NCBI GenBank assembly: GCA_026770705.1
Contig: JANJGN010000023.1
Coordinates: 20,708,001-20,772,000, forward strand
Length of the DNA: 64,000 nucleotides
Direction: 5' to 3'
Source: Isurus oxyrinchus
Taxonomy: Eukaryota
Shown: piece after piece, positions 27,016 through 39,613 of the stretch
Layout of the letters: the number at the start of each line of letters is the position of its first letter
Position numbering within the stretch: position 1 is the stretch's first letter
The notes under the pieces: generated by a model
What the model was told of the DNA's origin: nothing
What the model saw: the letters and a program-made list of their open reading frames with translations, nothing else
Database searches by the model: none
Position numbers and translations under genes: made by a program

Positions 27016-27948
27016 TGTGAGCAGCCTACAAAAGGCTGCCAGGCCTTCTCTTAAACAGATTGCCGGGTCACCATTGGACCTGGTGGTCTGTGCATGCCTA
27101 CTACCGCCCACACACTCCCGCTATCCACAGGAGTTGGGAAATAGGCTGGGCGGGCTTTAATTGGCCCACCCACGTAAAATGGCGGCGCGGTCCCGATTGC
27201 GGGTGGCGATTGGGTCCATGCCTGCATCCGCCCACGCCCGCTCCCACTCCCCCTCCTCCAAAATGGAAAATCCTGGCCATAGAAATTTTATAGGTGATAG
27301 AAATACGGAATAATTCACTACGCTTGAATATGATTAATATAATGCAAATATCTAATATATATTCTATTAATGTTTGCACTAAAAGTCAGGATAATACATT
27401 TAAAGTATGTAAATGGATACTTTAGCAAGTAGAATCTAAAAATAAAATAGACTCAGTGAGAGGTTATCTCAACAAAGGGTTTGTTAAAAATTCTAATCGC
27501 ATTTTTCTGTAAACCACTTTTATAATAAATTAATTCTTATGATCTTTTTACATGACCAGTCATGTATCAAGATGTTCCAGTGACGTAAAAGATAGTTTTA
27601 AATCTCTAATGGGTTTTTATAAATGCATTAATCAAAAGCAGCAAAACTGACATGTGCATTTAAAATTAATAAATAATTGGCTTAAAATGAGTATGTGTAA
27701 ATCTGTAAGGTAATAACCCAGTCTCACTATAGACTTGTATTGTGTAATGAATATACCCTCTGTTTTAGACCTTTCTTTTGTAAAGTGCAAATAAACTCAG
27801 TTCTATGTCTAACGTATATAATCTGTTTTTGTATTGGATATAACTTCAGTTATAGATTTATGAAGATATATCAGCTACACATCTGCTGCAATGTATTGTA
27901 ATTTCAGCTGCTGACCTTTGTTGTGGAAGGTGCACAGCTTGAATTGTC

Positions 27949-28430
27949 GGGCTGAATCTTGTTGAGGCACTGGGGGTTTTGCCTGCCAGCTGGAGAGCCA
28001 ACGAGAGACTTGCCATGCCTCTTGTCAGAAAGGCCCGCTGAAACAGAAGCCAACCAAGCAGCGGCGAGGCCAGCGGCGGGCAATTCCCTTGGAATCAAGC
28101 CCCCGGGGGCAGACGCCTCACCTACCAAGAGCTGCCGGCCAATCAGGAAATAAAGTGTGGGGGGGTTTTATGGGGCAGGGTCATGGGGAGAGGCTTGCAG
28201 AGGGAGTCCGCATCAAGGGTGGGAGGAGGGTGGCTCTCATCGGGACCCCTCCCACACACCTCTCTTCCCAATATCCAGTGCCTCGATCAGCGAGGGGCCC
28301 CTCCCTCCTCCACCAACAAGGAGGTAACAAATTGGTGCATAATTTTAATTGCCATGCACGCTCCATGATGATAGGCCTGCCTGCTGCTGGGATAATACCA
28401 GCGTTGATGAGATGAGGCCCTTAATGGTCA
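27949..28430. mobile_element. Degenerate Harbinger-type MITE fragment
   Basis: GC-rich island starting gggctgaatctt in AT-rich intron; right end not resolved. Confidence 0.4.
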
Positions 28431-31283
28431 TTAAGTTTTGAATAATTAGCACGATTTTACGTCAAGTTCAATACTTAGTTTATTGTAAAAATCATGGTAA
28501 AATCCATGGTTTGCCACAATGCCAGTTACCTCAGAATTGACCATGTTTGCAGCTATCAGATCCTATTCTTCCTTTTGCCAAGATAATTCCCCTTTAACCC
28601 TTTAGAAGTCTGCAACAATATTCTTGTCCATTAATCAAATATGGCATTTCGTATTATTTTTGACTGCCTGGTGAATTGAACCATTTTCATGTCCCCATTC
28701 TTATGTCTCACAGTTCACTGTACTGGGAAGAAATCTGATGAGGGAATGAAAATATTTCTTACTTTTAATGTGTTCAGACTCTAAGGATACAAAGATGATC
28801 AAGGTTTCAAACTACCATAATTCTTGTATTTCAAATAAAAGCATTGAGTATAAGTGATAAACAATTCCCTTTTTTCAATTAGTAACTATCACCATTTCAA
28901 ATATTCAGAAGTGTAATAGGGATATTTTGATATTCTCTTTCGTACCAAGTATTGTGACAGAGTTTTTCTGAAAAAGCTTTTACATTTAATGATTCAGCGA
29001 ATGTCTAGCAAGCAAATAATTGAAAAGGCTTGTTCCAAAAATGGACTAATATTCACACAATGGTAAAGGATGCCTCCTGTTTATCCTATGCACACTTGCC
29101 ATTTGATAATATACACAAGTGTCTCAGCCCCCTTTTTGTTCATACATGGCCAGTGGCATCTAAAATTGGGTGCTATGTGGCTCAATTTAGCCCCTGGCCT
29201 CTCCAACTGTGCAACATTGCTGTCAGAGCCAAGATTTTGCATTGAGATCTCTGCAGTACAGTTTGAACCCACAACTTGCTGACTAGACTGTGAGTGCTAA
29301 CATTGAACTGAGGTTGACAAAGTGATTTAAAATTCCCAGTTGTGGACTATTTACTGAATATACACATTATGGCACCTAGTGTTCAGCTCCACTTTTCCAT
29401 TGACATAATGAATGTGAAAGAAAGACAGGATGTCTCTCAGCATCTGAATGTGGGTGTATGTACAGCTCCACTTTTCATGACCCATAATTTTGTTGCACAT
29501 TTGCAGACGGACTATATACTACTTTGTACAAAAAAATGTCATCCGTGCATAATGTTTTTAATTAAAATGTTATATCCCTAACTGATGACCTTGTGAGGAG
29601 AATGTTTGCCTCTGCTGTGTAAAAATCTAATTCCTGTTGGTTTAATAGTATATTAGGATGTGACTAATCTGTTTTATAAATGTTCAATTAAAGAAAAATT
29701 TCTTCTCTAAATTTGTGTATGTCTAATACAGAGTGCAAGTGGAGGAAACTTGAAGGGGAAGAGTTCAATCATTGACACTCTGATATTGAGGGCCATATAA
29801 TATAGCTGATTGCATTGTATGGTTTGTTTCTGATATTTTCACCCATTGAGTTAGTGCAAGTAGGTCCAAAGGCCATATGTTGGTAGATGTGCACGTCCAA
29901 ATTCTGAGTTTCCAAATAGAAGGGGCCACAGGAAGCAAGGGTCAGTTAGCTCAGTTGGCCAATTTACTGGATTGCGTTGCAGAATAACAACAACAGCGCA
30001 GGTTTAGTCGTGGCTGAGGTCGTTCTTGCAGCCTGTCCCCTTGCCTTCCCACAGGGTGATGCCTTGATGAGCAACCCTTGGACAATGAGGATGCTACATG
30101 AGCAGAGAGAACAAGAACCGGTGCTTGCTAATTTTGGGAGAATAGCATGCATTACTAGGTTTTATATCACGGGTTTAAGGTCAGAGGTTCGAACTTGGAA
30201 CCCAGGAGTCTCTGGGAAAATTTTCCAGTATGCAAAGACTCCCAAAGTCTCTGGAGTCAGAACTGTCACTTATTCATAAGTGAAATACAATGCTGTGAAC
30301 TATCAGGTGGAATACTCATGAGCAATGGCTCACATTTTGTCCAAATTTGGAGGACCTGTTAATGACAAGGCTAGGTAGAATTTAATTCACATGTGGATGA
30401 AAACCACATATCCTATCTAATTTCTAGATCAACTAAACTGGCATGTTTTTTATCGATAGCTCATCAGTAACCTTAATTTTGTACTGGTTAAGAAAAGATA
30501 GTTTCCTTGCTAAACCTAGCTATTTCAGAACTGTACAGGTCCAAACAAATAGAAATCTCCCTTTTTTTTAATCACATGCATCATTATGTATGGATTTCAT
30601 CTGAGTTTACCTTCTATTTATTTTGTCATCAAGAGAGTTAATCCTCTTGAATCTCTTAATTTGTGACATGTTAGTGAATTATAAGATGGAACAGTAAACA
30701 GGCAGCTCACCACCACCTTCTCAAGGGCAATTAGGGATGGGCAATAAATGCTGGCCCACATCACATGAATGAATAAAAAAAAAACTGCTGTTCACAGACC
30801 TGTAAGTCTTGTCGCACCTCCACAGGTAGTTCACCAATTTTGGCCCACTTGTCCAGCGGGCAGTGGCAATCTTGTAAGTGCTTTTGTGGGGGGGGGAGGG
30901 GGGGGGGGTGGAGGGCGGTGGGGTGGGGGAGGCGGGGGTGGAGGGTAGTGGGTGGTCAAGGACAGACAGAGGGGGACAATCCCAGACATTAGAAATACTG
31001 TGGAGCAGACTCACCTGCTCCTCATGGTTTCACATGAAAGAGTTTAGTTTTATCTTTTTGATGGCAGCCACAATTGCGCCTGGAAAGCCTGAGTAGAGCA
31101 GGCCCATGACAAGGCAGCTCAATTTCCCAGGCCAATAAGTATTTGTCCCCTGTTTAATGTAAGCAATAGGCCTAATGCTTGTTTTAAATGGCTGCCCTGG
31201 ATGCCTGGGAATGTCGGAGGCCAACAGTGCATTCCATTTTATTTCAGGCTCCCTGGTTTCCTGGGCATAGACTAGGAAACTTA

Positions 31284-31400
31284 GGGCGAAATTTTACGCC
31301 AACGGGACTTTACAGTCCTGCCGAAGTCAATGGACTTTTGAATGGCTTGCCCCATTTTATGGCCCTGCCTCCACCATGACAGGGCAGTAAAATTCCGCCC
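31284..31400. mobile_element. Small (~117 bp) Harbinger-type MITE
   Basis: TIRs gggcgaaattttac / gtaaaattccgccc, TSD TTA/TTA. Confidence 0.85.
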
Positions 31401-31905
31401 TTAGTTATTTTTACCCCGTTCTGCATTTCCCATCCAGAAAATGAGGCCAACAATGACCAATTTCTACCCCATGGTGATTTCTTGCCTTCCTCAGCCATGT
31501 TATTCTTGTTCAACTATTGATTCCAATGTGAATTTAGTCAAGTCCAATAGGGTAAAGCAGAAATATGAGAATAATGATCATTTAAATACTAAGGTTGTAA
31601 ACATTCATATCATTACACAAATCTGACCTGTGTGTTGCATTGCTGGGCTGTTGTGCCATTCTGCAGTTTTTATGCACATTCTGAAGTTGTTGGTGAGCTG
31701 TGTATGTAGGCAGACAGGCCAGAGTAGTCATTACACACCAGCAGAAGAGAAACACAAAACTTTAACAGATTAATCTTCATCTGTCCCTTATGTCTTTTGC
31801 TGTAGTGCTGAAGAACAGAAGAGATCATTGCATATGTAGGGTTGAGGGCTGGTTACTGTTTAGTGTTTAGGTCTGTTTTGGTACCTGTAATACCACAGTA
31901 AAGAG

Positions 31906-32148
31906 TATTGTAATATGCTTTTAAGGGATTGCAGCATGACATCACTAGAAGGAAGTGTGTCATGCGATCCAGTTTTACTTTTGCTTTCAAGTGTGGCACA
32001 CAAAAACAGCTCTGCTTCTGGTGTCTTCAAGCTTTATGCCTCTGTATAAATGTTCCCATGTGCCTAGTCTCAATAAATTAACACACAATGAGTTTGCACA
32101 ATTCCATCTGAGAGATTGGTGCCTTTATATCATTATAAAAACACAACA
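31906..32148 (+). mobile_element. Solo LTR (243 bp)
   Basis: TATTGT(=TGTTGT)...ACAACA, internal AATAAA, 5-bp TSD aagag/aagaa; homologous to LTRs at 50656 and 57077. Confidence 0.75.
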
Positions 32149-32907
32149 AAGAATACAAGTAAACAATGCTGGGTAACCAAAAACAGGTAACTGGGGATGA
32201 TTAGAAGGCAATCTTCTCGAGATTCAGATAACCCACTTGAATGTTTTGTAACTAAGTAATAAACCTTGAATCCTGAGGGAATATTGCAGCCTTGACATCA
32301 TTCTCTTGAACACATAGATATATTTTTTACATATACAATAGAGTTCATTTTGCATTTAGTCCCTATTATTGCTAGTAAGACAACAGACCTGGAAGCCTAG
32401 GCTTAAGGTTACCTTGTTGACTTTTGGCTGTAATTGGGCAATGGCTAAAAGGATTTGTTAACTTTTATACATGTCGTAGCTTTATCTCCTTGTTTCTTGT
32501 TGTTATCTAACACACATTGAGAAGACACTAGTAAATAGAAAAGCAATGTTTTGTGTCTTTTGGCATTTTTATTCCTTATTAATTTTTTAATATCGTTTTT
32601 AACAGCAGTGTACAATACAATGTTATGGTTTACGGTATTATCTATCGAGCACCCTTTTGATTTTATTCAAGGAATTAGCTTCCACATTCTTTTCAAGCAG
32701 AGCATTCCAGACCCCGACAGTTCTCTGAGTCAAATAATTTCCCCTCATCTCCCCTTGCTATTGATTTTGAATTTATGACCTGTACTTATCAATGACTCAT
32801 GAGGGGAAATATTTTTCCCTAATTAGTCTATCAAAACTTCTCAGCATCTTAAAAACCAATATTAGCTCACCTCTTAACCTTTTCTATTTCAAGGAGAAGA
32901 GTCCTAA

Positions 32908-33019
32908 GGGTGGAATTTTACGGCTTCTCCCTCCGGTGGAGTTTTCCAGTCCTGCCAAAGTCAATGGACTTTTGAATGGATCACCACCCCCACGGTGACA
33001 GGGCCGTAAAATTCCAGCC
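32908..33019. mobile_element. Small Harbinger-type MITE (same family as 31284-31400)
   Basis: TIRs gggtggaattttacggc / gccgtaaaattccagcc; shared core aagtcaatggacttttgaatgg; flanks taa/tta. Confidence 0.8.
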
Positions 33020-33372
33020 TTAATATTCTCAACATTACTTCATACCTGAAGACTCTCACCCTGGTAAACCTCTGTATCATGTCTAATGCATTTACACCCT
33101 TCCTGCACTGTGATGTTCAGAATTGTCTACAATACCACAGCTGAGGTTTAACCAGTTAATGATAAAGTTCGAGCAACATTTCTCTCTTTTTGTATTATAC
33201 TCTTCCATTTATTTCCTAGAAGTTCAAAATTATCACACTATTTTACACAGATACAGGAGCTGACAACGAAGGTATTTCTCAGATCTCACCATGCGCTGCA
33301 AAGTGATACATTGTTAGTTGGTACATAGACTGTAGTGCTGTAGTCAGTGATGTGGCATCCTGGATACTTATG

Positions 33373-33951
33373 GGGCAGAATTTTACATTTGGTGTGTGGG
33401 GGCGGGCCTGACACGCCAGAACGTAAAATGGCGCGCAATGATGTCGGGCGTGGGTTCCGACGTTATCGCGCTGTCTCGTGATATTTCGTTCGGCGAGCAC
33501 ACGCTGGAGTTGGCTGCCCGCCCGCTGATAATTGATAGGCCTATCAAGGCCATTAAACAGGCAATAAACATGAATTTTAGTATGGCGAAAAGGCCAAGCA
33601 GCTTTCACGTTTTTTTTTTAGGAAACCTCATCCACGAGCGGGATGAAGTTTCCTAAAGCTATTACAGATGACATAAAAATTTTCTTTGAAAAAAAACATG
33701 TCCCATCTCATGTGACAGTCCCACGAGGGGACATGTTTAATTAAATTTCTCATGTCTTTATTTATTTTGTTATAAAGTGCTTCATTCTCCCTGAGGCACG
33801 GAGCTGCCTCAGGGAGATTGAAGCACTCTTCCATGAGCATGTGCGAAAGACTGCTGGACCCGACTCTCCCTCCTCCCCCTGTCCGCACAGACTCCGCAAC
33901 AGCCCCCATCCGCTCCTGCTGAGCCTGCCTGATGAATGGAAAATCCTGGCC
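33373..33951 (+). mobile_element. Four-hairpin Harbinger MITE
   Basis: TIRs gggcagaatttt / aaaatcctggcc, TSD ATG/ATG; left ~280 bp homologous to the transposase-side end of H1. Confidence 0.9.
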
Positions 33952-34246
33952 ATGTATACAGGTGCATAACAATACTAACTCTTTATGAATAATATAACAC
34001 CATAACAGCGAACCATTTGATTTTTAAACACCTTATCAACTTGCTGTGCCAACTTTAAGGATCTTTGTATATAGACGTCAAAGTCTCTCAGCTCCTCAAT
34101 ACTTTTCAAAAGAGTGCAATTTATACTGCACTGCCTTTCCACATTGGTTCTCCGGTTGTGCATCACTTCATATATCTCTGCGCTGAACTCCACCTGCCGT
34201 GCTTCTGCCCATTTCACCATCCTGTCCATGTTATCCTGAAGCCTAT

Positions 34247-34768
34247 GGCCTGAGCTATCCCTCGTTGGACATGCACGATTGGTGGGCCCAGGAGCGGTCG
34301 GGAAACAGGCCCCCGGCCACAATAGGCCCGTGACCGTGATTTCATGTTGTTTGGCCAATTAACGGCCAGCCAGCGTGAAACGCGCACTGAAAAGCTCAGC
34401 GCTGATGGGGAGGGGGCGGGAAGAGGGCTGATGACAACGTCACCGTGGGTGTGGGTGTGGGCGAGCACTGCGAGAGAGCCCCCTGAAGGCAGACAGCTGC
34501 CTCAGGGAGCTGCAAACCTGCAAATCATGAAATAAAACATAAAAAAGCTGCATCACATGTTCATGCAGCACAATCAAGCACCTGAAAACATACCCCATAA
34601 AAATGCTGTCCACTGATGTTTCTTGCTATTTTACTTCCTAATGGGGATTTCATCCCACCTTTGGATGAGGCTTCATGAAAAATGTAAAGGCCGCCTGGCT
34701 GATTGGCCCGTCCGCCAACCGTAAGGTCAGACAGACCACAAAAAATCGAGTTCAGTTGTGCCATTAAT
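34247..34768 (-). mobile_element. Related hairpin MITE, truncated
   Basis: Contains ccctgaaggca..tgcctcaggg and tcatcc..ggatga hairpins; only one terminus. Confidence 0.65.
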
Positions 34769-35265
34769 TATCCTCATCATGACTTACTGCTTCCTCAAGT
34801 TTTGTATAATCTGCAAATTTTATAATGCTCCTCCCTGCAGCCAAGTCTAGGTCATTTATAAAAATTGTAATGGGCCCAAAACCGGAGAGCATTGCCTCAA
34901 ACCACCTCCCTGTCTGACACGTATCCATCCAGCACCAGCCTTTCTTACCTGCCACTGAGCCAATTTTGTATCCATACAACCATTTTCCTCCAAAGTCCCT
35001 GGGTTTCCATCTTAATGAGCTTTCTGGGCAGTTCTTTGTACAAGGCCTTCTACAGGTCCATTTATACAACATCTGCTGCACTACCTTGATAAATCTTATT
35101 CCCTCATCAAAGAATTCAGTCAAGCGAATCAGTTTTTAACAAATCCATGCTGTCTCTCTTTGCTTAACTCATACCTTCTTGAACTGAAGCTTATTTTGTC
35201 CCAGGTAATGGTTTCCAATTACATCTTCACTACTAATGTTAGGCTGACTGGTGTGTAGTTTCCTA

Positions 35266-35641
35266 GGGCAGCATTTTCCCCCCATCATTTGGCGGGGGGG
35301 GGATGTGCGGGAGCGGGCACAGGCCGGCAGGTTCCCGATCTGCGCCCGTGGTCGGGGGTGCGCCACCATTTTACGTGGGCGGGTTCATGTTTTTTCTGAA
35401 GGCCGCCTGGGCTCTTCACCTGCCTGCCAGCCTTGAGGCTGGACGGGCAGGTCCATTCATTGGTTTAATTACTTTATTAGTGGCCCTAAGTGGCCGTTGA
35501 CAGGTCGGCATGGGCACAGCCGACTCGGCTGCGTGCCCACTGAACTGACAATCTAAATGATGCGTGGTGACCTCGGGACGCTTGCCTGATGTCACCCTGC
35601 ATCATTTTACATGTCGGCGAGCGGACCTCATCCCCCAGCCC
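35266..35641 (-). mobile_element. Internally deleted hairpin MITE
   Basis: Starts gggcagcatttt, ends gccc, TSD CTA/CTA, inside CR1 sequence. Confidence 0.8.
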
Positions 35642-36412
35642 CTAGTTTATCCCTCTCCTCCTTCTTCATTCATGGCATAATATTAGCAATTCTCCAGTCG
35701 TCCGGCACCACTCCTGTATTCAATGAAGGTTGAAAGATAGTGACCAGTGTTTCTGCTATTTCTACCTTCGCTTGTTCCAGCAAACTAAGATGTATTCCAC
35801 CCGGACCAGCTTACTGACCAACTGTTAGTAATGCTAACTTTTTAGTAGATCTTTTCCTTACTTTCTTCTCCTCTTTTAGTGTAACCATTAATCACCTTAA
35901 TACATATGCCATATCCTCAGCCTCGACATGAAGACTTTCTATTTAGGTCGTGAATATGTCCAATTTTATCCCTCCTTAAATGCTTACGTTTTATATTTTT
36001 GTAAAATATTTTAGGATTTAATACTGCTTGGTAATCTTTTCTTGTAACCTCTCTTTAACTCCTATATTGGCTTTTTTCAATTCTCTCAAGTACTCTTCCT
36101 GGTTATTAAGTGAATCTTGTGCCTGACATTTTTCAAAAACATCTTTTTTTCCCATTTTAATGTAACTTTTATTTCCTTTGTCACCCAGAACACATTGGGC
36201 AGAATTTTGCGCTTGACGGGTGGGCGGGGCCAACAGTGGGCGGGCCCAACCGACTTGACGGGTGGGCGGGCGGGCATCCAATCGCCGCTGCCGAAACGGG
36301 CCGTGCCGCCATTTTGCGCGGGCGGGCCAATTAAGACCCGCCCAGCGGGTTTGCCACTCCCATGTACAACGGGAAAATCGAATCGGCGGCGGGTGTGCTC
36401 AGACTGCCAGCT

Positions 36413-36477
36413 CCAATGGGGAACTGGCAGTCTGTATAAAGAGTGGCCAGGCAGTCTGCTTGAGGCAGTTCACCATG
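36413..36477 (+). promoter_or_regulatory. Candidate promoter of the H2 Myb gene
   Basis: CCAAT (36413), TATAAA (36435) and strong Kozak caccATGg (36475). Confidence 0.5.
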
Positions 36478-39400
36478 GCCACTCATAGAGAAGGACATGC
36501 TGGTTTGAGGGCAGAGGAGGAGGAGGAGGAGGAGGAGGAGGAAGAGGAGGAGGACAGGCCAGTGGGAGGCCCAGTGTGCCCCTCGGTTCTCAGATGCCTG
36601 CTGTGCTGTCCTCCTCCAAGAGGTGTCCAACCGTTGGGATATTTTGTATCCAGAGGATGGGAGGAGGAGGGCCCCCCCCACATCACCAGGCAGGCATGGC
36701 AGGAGGTGGCGGTGGCTGTAAGTGCCCATGACGATGTGCGGCGCACCGGGAAACAGTGCCACAAGCGCTTCAATGATTTGTTGCGCTCTGGAAGGGTGAG
36801 TACCATGTCGGCCTCGGCCATTTGACCCAGCAGGTAGCCTTAGCCTTTGAGCCCCTGTCTTAGTATCGTTACTGCATTGGGCATTTAGCACACGCTGGGT
36901 GGGCGAACAGATAGTGACCATGCTTACATCAGCCTTAGTGGTTGAGGAGAAGATGGGTTCTCCCCGCAGCATATGTTGGTGTTTGTCACATTTGAGAAGT
37001 CTGGGGGCAACCTGCAGGGGAGACAGCTGGACACATACTCAGAACTTCAACACATGTCATATTGATGGTGATGAGATGGTGGAAGGGGAGCCTCAAGGTG
37101 TCATGGCCAAGAGCCATCTGCTGGCCTCAGTGCCACCCCCAGTTATACCTTCTTGCCATGGGCGCTAAGACCCATGTGTTATTCAAAGTGATGGACGCCG
37201 AATATGTCAAAGGTGTCCATGAGGGGAGGGGGTTGGGAGCAGGTGTTCTATCTTCTGGTGGCTGATCACCAGTAGTGTGGACAGGAGCCACTGGAGGCCT
37301 CAGATGGGCCACTGTGGTTGGGGTGCGGCGTGCGCGTGCAGAGTACATGAGCGATCAGCCCCAATAAATCCTCTTCTCTGTCCTGCAGGCAGAAACAGAG
37401 AACAATCTCAGGGAGCGCCAGAGGACAGGTGGTGGACACGCCCTGTTCCAGCGCCTCACCACCTATGAGGAGCAGGCCATCGAGCTGGGGAGGAGGCAGG
37501 AGGCCAGGTCGGCAGGTGTCGGCGAGGCTGGGGTCCAGCGGGCAGGTATTTGAGGTCCACAATCCCATTCACTCTGTCTCCCCACCATCCAAAGCACTGA
37601 TGATTGCTGCAATCGTTAATGCTGCATCACTGCTCATTCACAGACTGATACAGTCAGACATGTGGGTCATACACAAAGGTCCCTCAGCCCCTTGAGGATA
37701 CTCATCTCTAGCACCTTCCAAAGTCGCCTTATCCCATTTGTGACCACTATCCCCATGGCCTAACATGCCATGGCATCACTGCTGCACATCCAAAGACGTT
37801 TTGCATCATAGGAGGGTTTGTACCTCCACCACCCTTTCAGCTAGTGCGTCCCACATTACTCTGTCCAAAAGGTCCTCAGCACCTCACCTGTCAACCTCAT
37901 GGCACTCAACTTAAATAAATGCCACCACGTTAGTCATCTCCCTGCCAAGGGGAAATGTTGCCTTCTCTCCACCTGGTCTATGCCCCTCATAATGGTATGA
38001 AGGTCAATAATGTGACCTGTCAATCTCCTGTGCTCCATGGCAAATGTCACAAGTGTTTGCAATGTTTCCACATAACTCCAACTCTCCAGGCCAGCATGCA
38101 TCCAGGTCAGGAACCTCTGCACTCTCCCCAGTCCAATACCATCCCTCCCATGAAGCGCAGGTCACAACTGAACGCAGAAGTGTAGCTGTGACCTCGACAG
38201 CATTTTCTGCACTTGCTCCATGACCTCCCTTTTCCTACATTGTATTCCTCGGCTAATAAAGGCAAGCCTGGCTTTGACCTTGTTAAATGCCTTATGTTCC
38301 TGTTCTGCTACCTTAACGGGTCTGCCCAACAAGGTCCCTGTAATTGTCGTGACTTCCCACGGTCCAACTATTATTCATGTATTCCCGTACCTTGCTTGTC
38401 TTGCCCAAGTGCTTAACCTCACACTTATCCACATAAAATTCCGTGTGGCATTCCTTAGGCCATCTGACCAGCCTGTCTGTGTGCACGTGTAATGTTTGGG
38501 CTTCCTCTTTACTATTTACCACCCCAACAATGTTCGTCTCTTTAGGTTCTTGAAGGCTGAGCGACTTATGAGGTTGGGGAGGAAAAGGATGAAAGGTGTT
38601 ACTGACTGAACACTAACTGATGCACTGTCCTTGTTGTTAATTTCAGCATTACCACCACATGGCTGCCCCCAACAAGTCCAGAGCCCCCCCTCCACACCTG
38701 AGGGGCATCACTTGCAATTAGTGTTACATAATTTCAGCGAGCCAGGCACCAGCACAGCAACAAACACTTCGGTGGGGAATATAATGTCGGCTGGTGTCCC
38801 GGGACGCAGTGGAGGGGGCACTTCACAATCGCTGCAGGAGATGGCACGAACAGAGTGCCAATGCTGCCAGCAGCCGGAGGACTGCAAGAGACCAGGCACA
38901 TGCTGAGTCGGGCAGTGATGATGTGCCTCTGGAGATGTCACCAATGCAACAGCTGCAGGACAAGCGGTAGGTTGCGTGGGAGCATCTGGCAGTGTTGCAT
39001 GAGGGTGTGCTTCAGTTGGTCTCTGCGATGGAGGAGTCCAGGCAGAGTGCATGTGAAGGCATGAACCTCAGGGCAGACTTTCAGGCTTCCTCCACTGAGA
39101 GATTGGTGACTGAGAGTCATGGAGAGGAGGTTCGATCGGATGGAGACTCTTCTGATTGGGTTATGCTCTGACCTGCAAGCCCTCACAGCGTTAATGGCCA
39201 CAGGTGGTCATTCGCAATGTGGGAGATGTTTTGGGCACCAAGTGTTGCCGCTCGGTGCCCATCCATCTGTGGTGAGCAGGGAGGTCCAATGTGACCTCAC
39301 ATCGGTGCAGCAGCTGCCTGTCGTCGCTGCGAGCTCCTCTCAGGGCGCTCCGGATGAGGGCAGCAGCTCCTCCGCCCCTCTGCCAGTGACCGTTGCATCC

Positions 39401-39613
39401 GTTGAGGCTGCGACAATTGGGGAGGTGCCAGTTCTGGAACTGACCACTCCCTCCCAGGCGGGGCCATCACAGGCTCCACAGGCCAGAGGACGCCCGCCAA
39501 GGTCATCGAGGCCAACAGGACAGCAGAGTCAGCAGGCTGTCTCACAAGCCACTCCGAGCGATGGGGCGGCACCAAGACTTAGTACCCGCAAACGTAAGCA
39601 TAAGGCACCTTAG
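36475..39613 (+). pseudogene. Harbinger Myb/SANT-like gene; exons 36475-36795, 37389-37545, 38647-39613
   Basis: Poly-Glu N-terminus, AWQEVAVAVS..QCHKRFNDLLRSGR|gtgag; exon 2 AETENNLRERQRTGGG; canonical AG/GT sites; frameshifts in exons 1 and 3; AATAAA at 39714. Confidence 0.85.
37700..38545 (-). mobile_element. Heavily decayed CR1 LINE 3' fragment inside intron 2 of the H2 Myb gene
   Basis: DRLVRW..EFYVDKCEVKHLGK; RRLTGHIIDLHTIMRGID; absent from the ~200-bp homologous intron of H1. Confidence 0.7.

Larger units (their letters stand above)
22615..27278 (+). mobile_element. Near full-length two-gene PIF/Harbinger transposon (element H1, 4664 bp)
   Basis: TIRs gagcaggattttcca / tggaaaatcctggcc (13/15 match), TSD ATA/ATA; transposase (+) and Myb gene (-) convergent. 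Confidence 0.92.
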
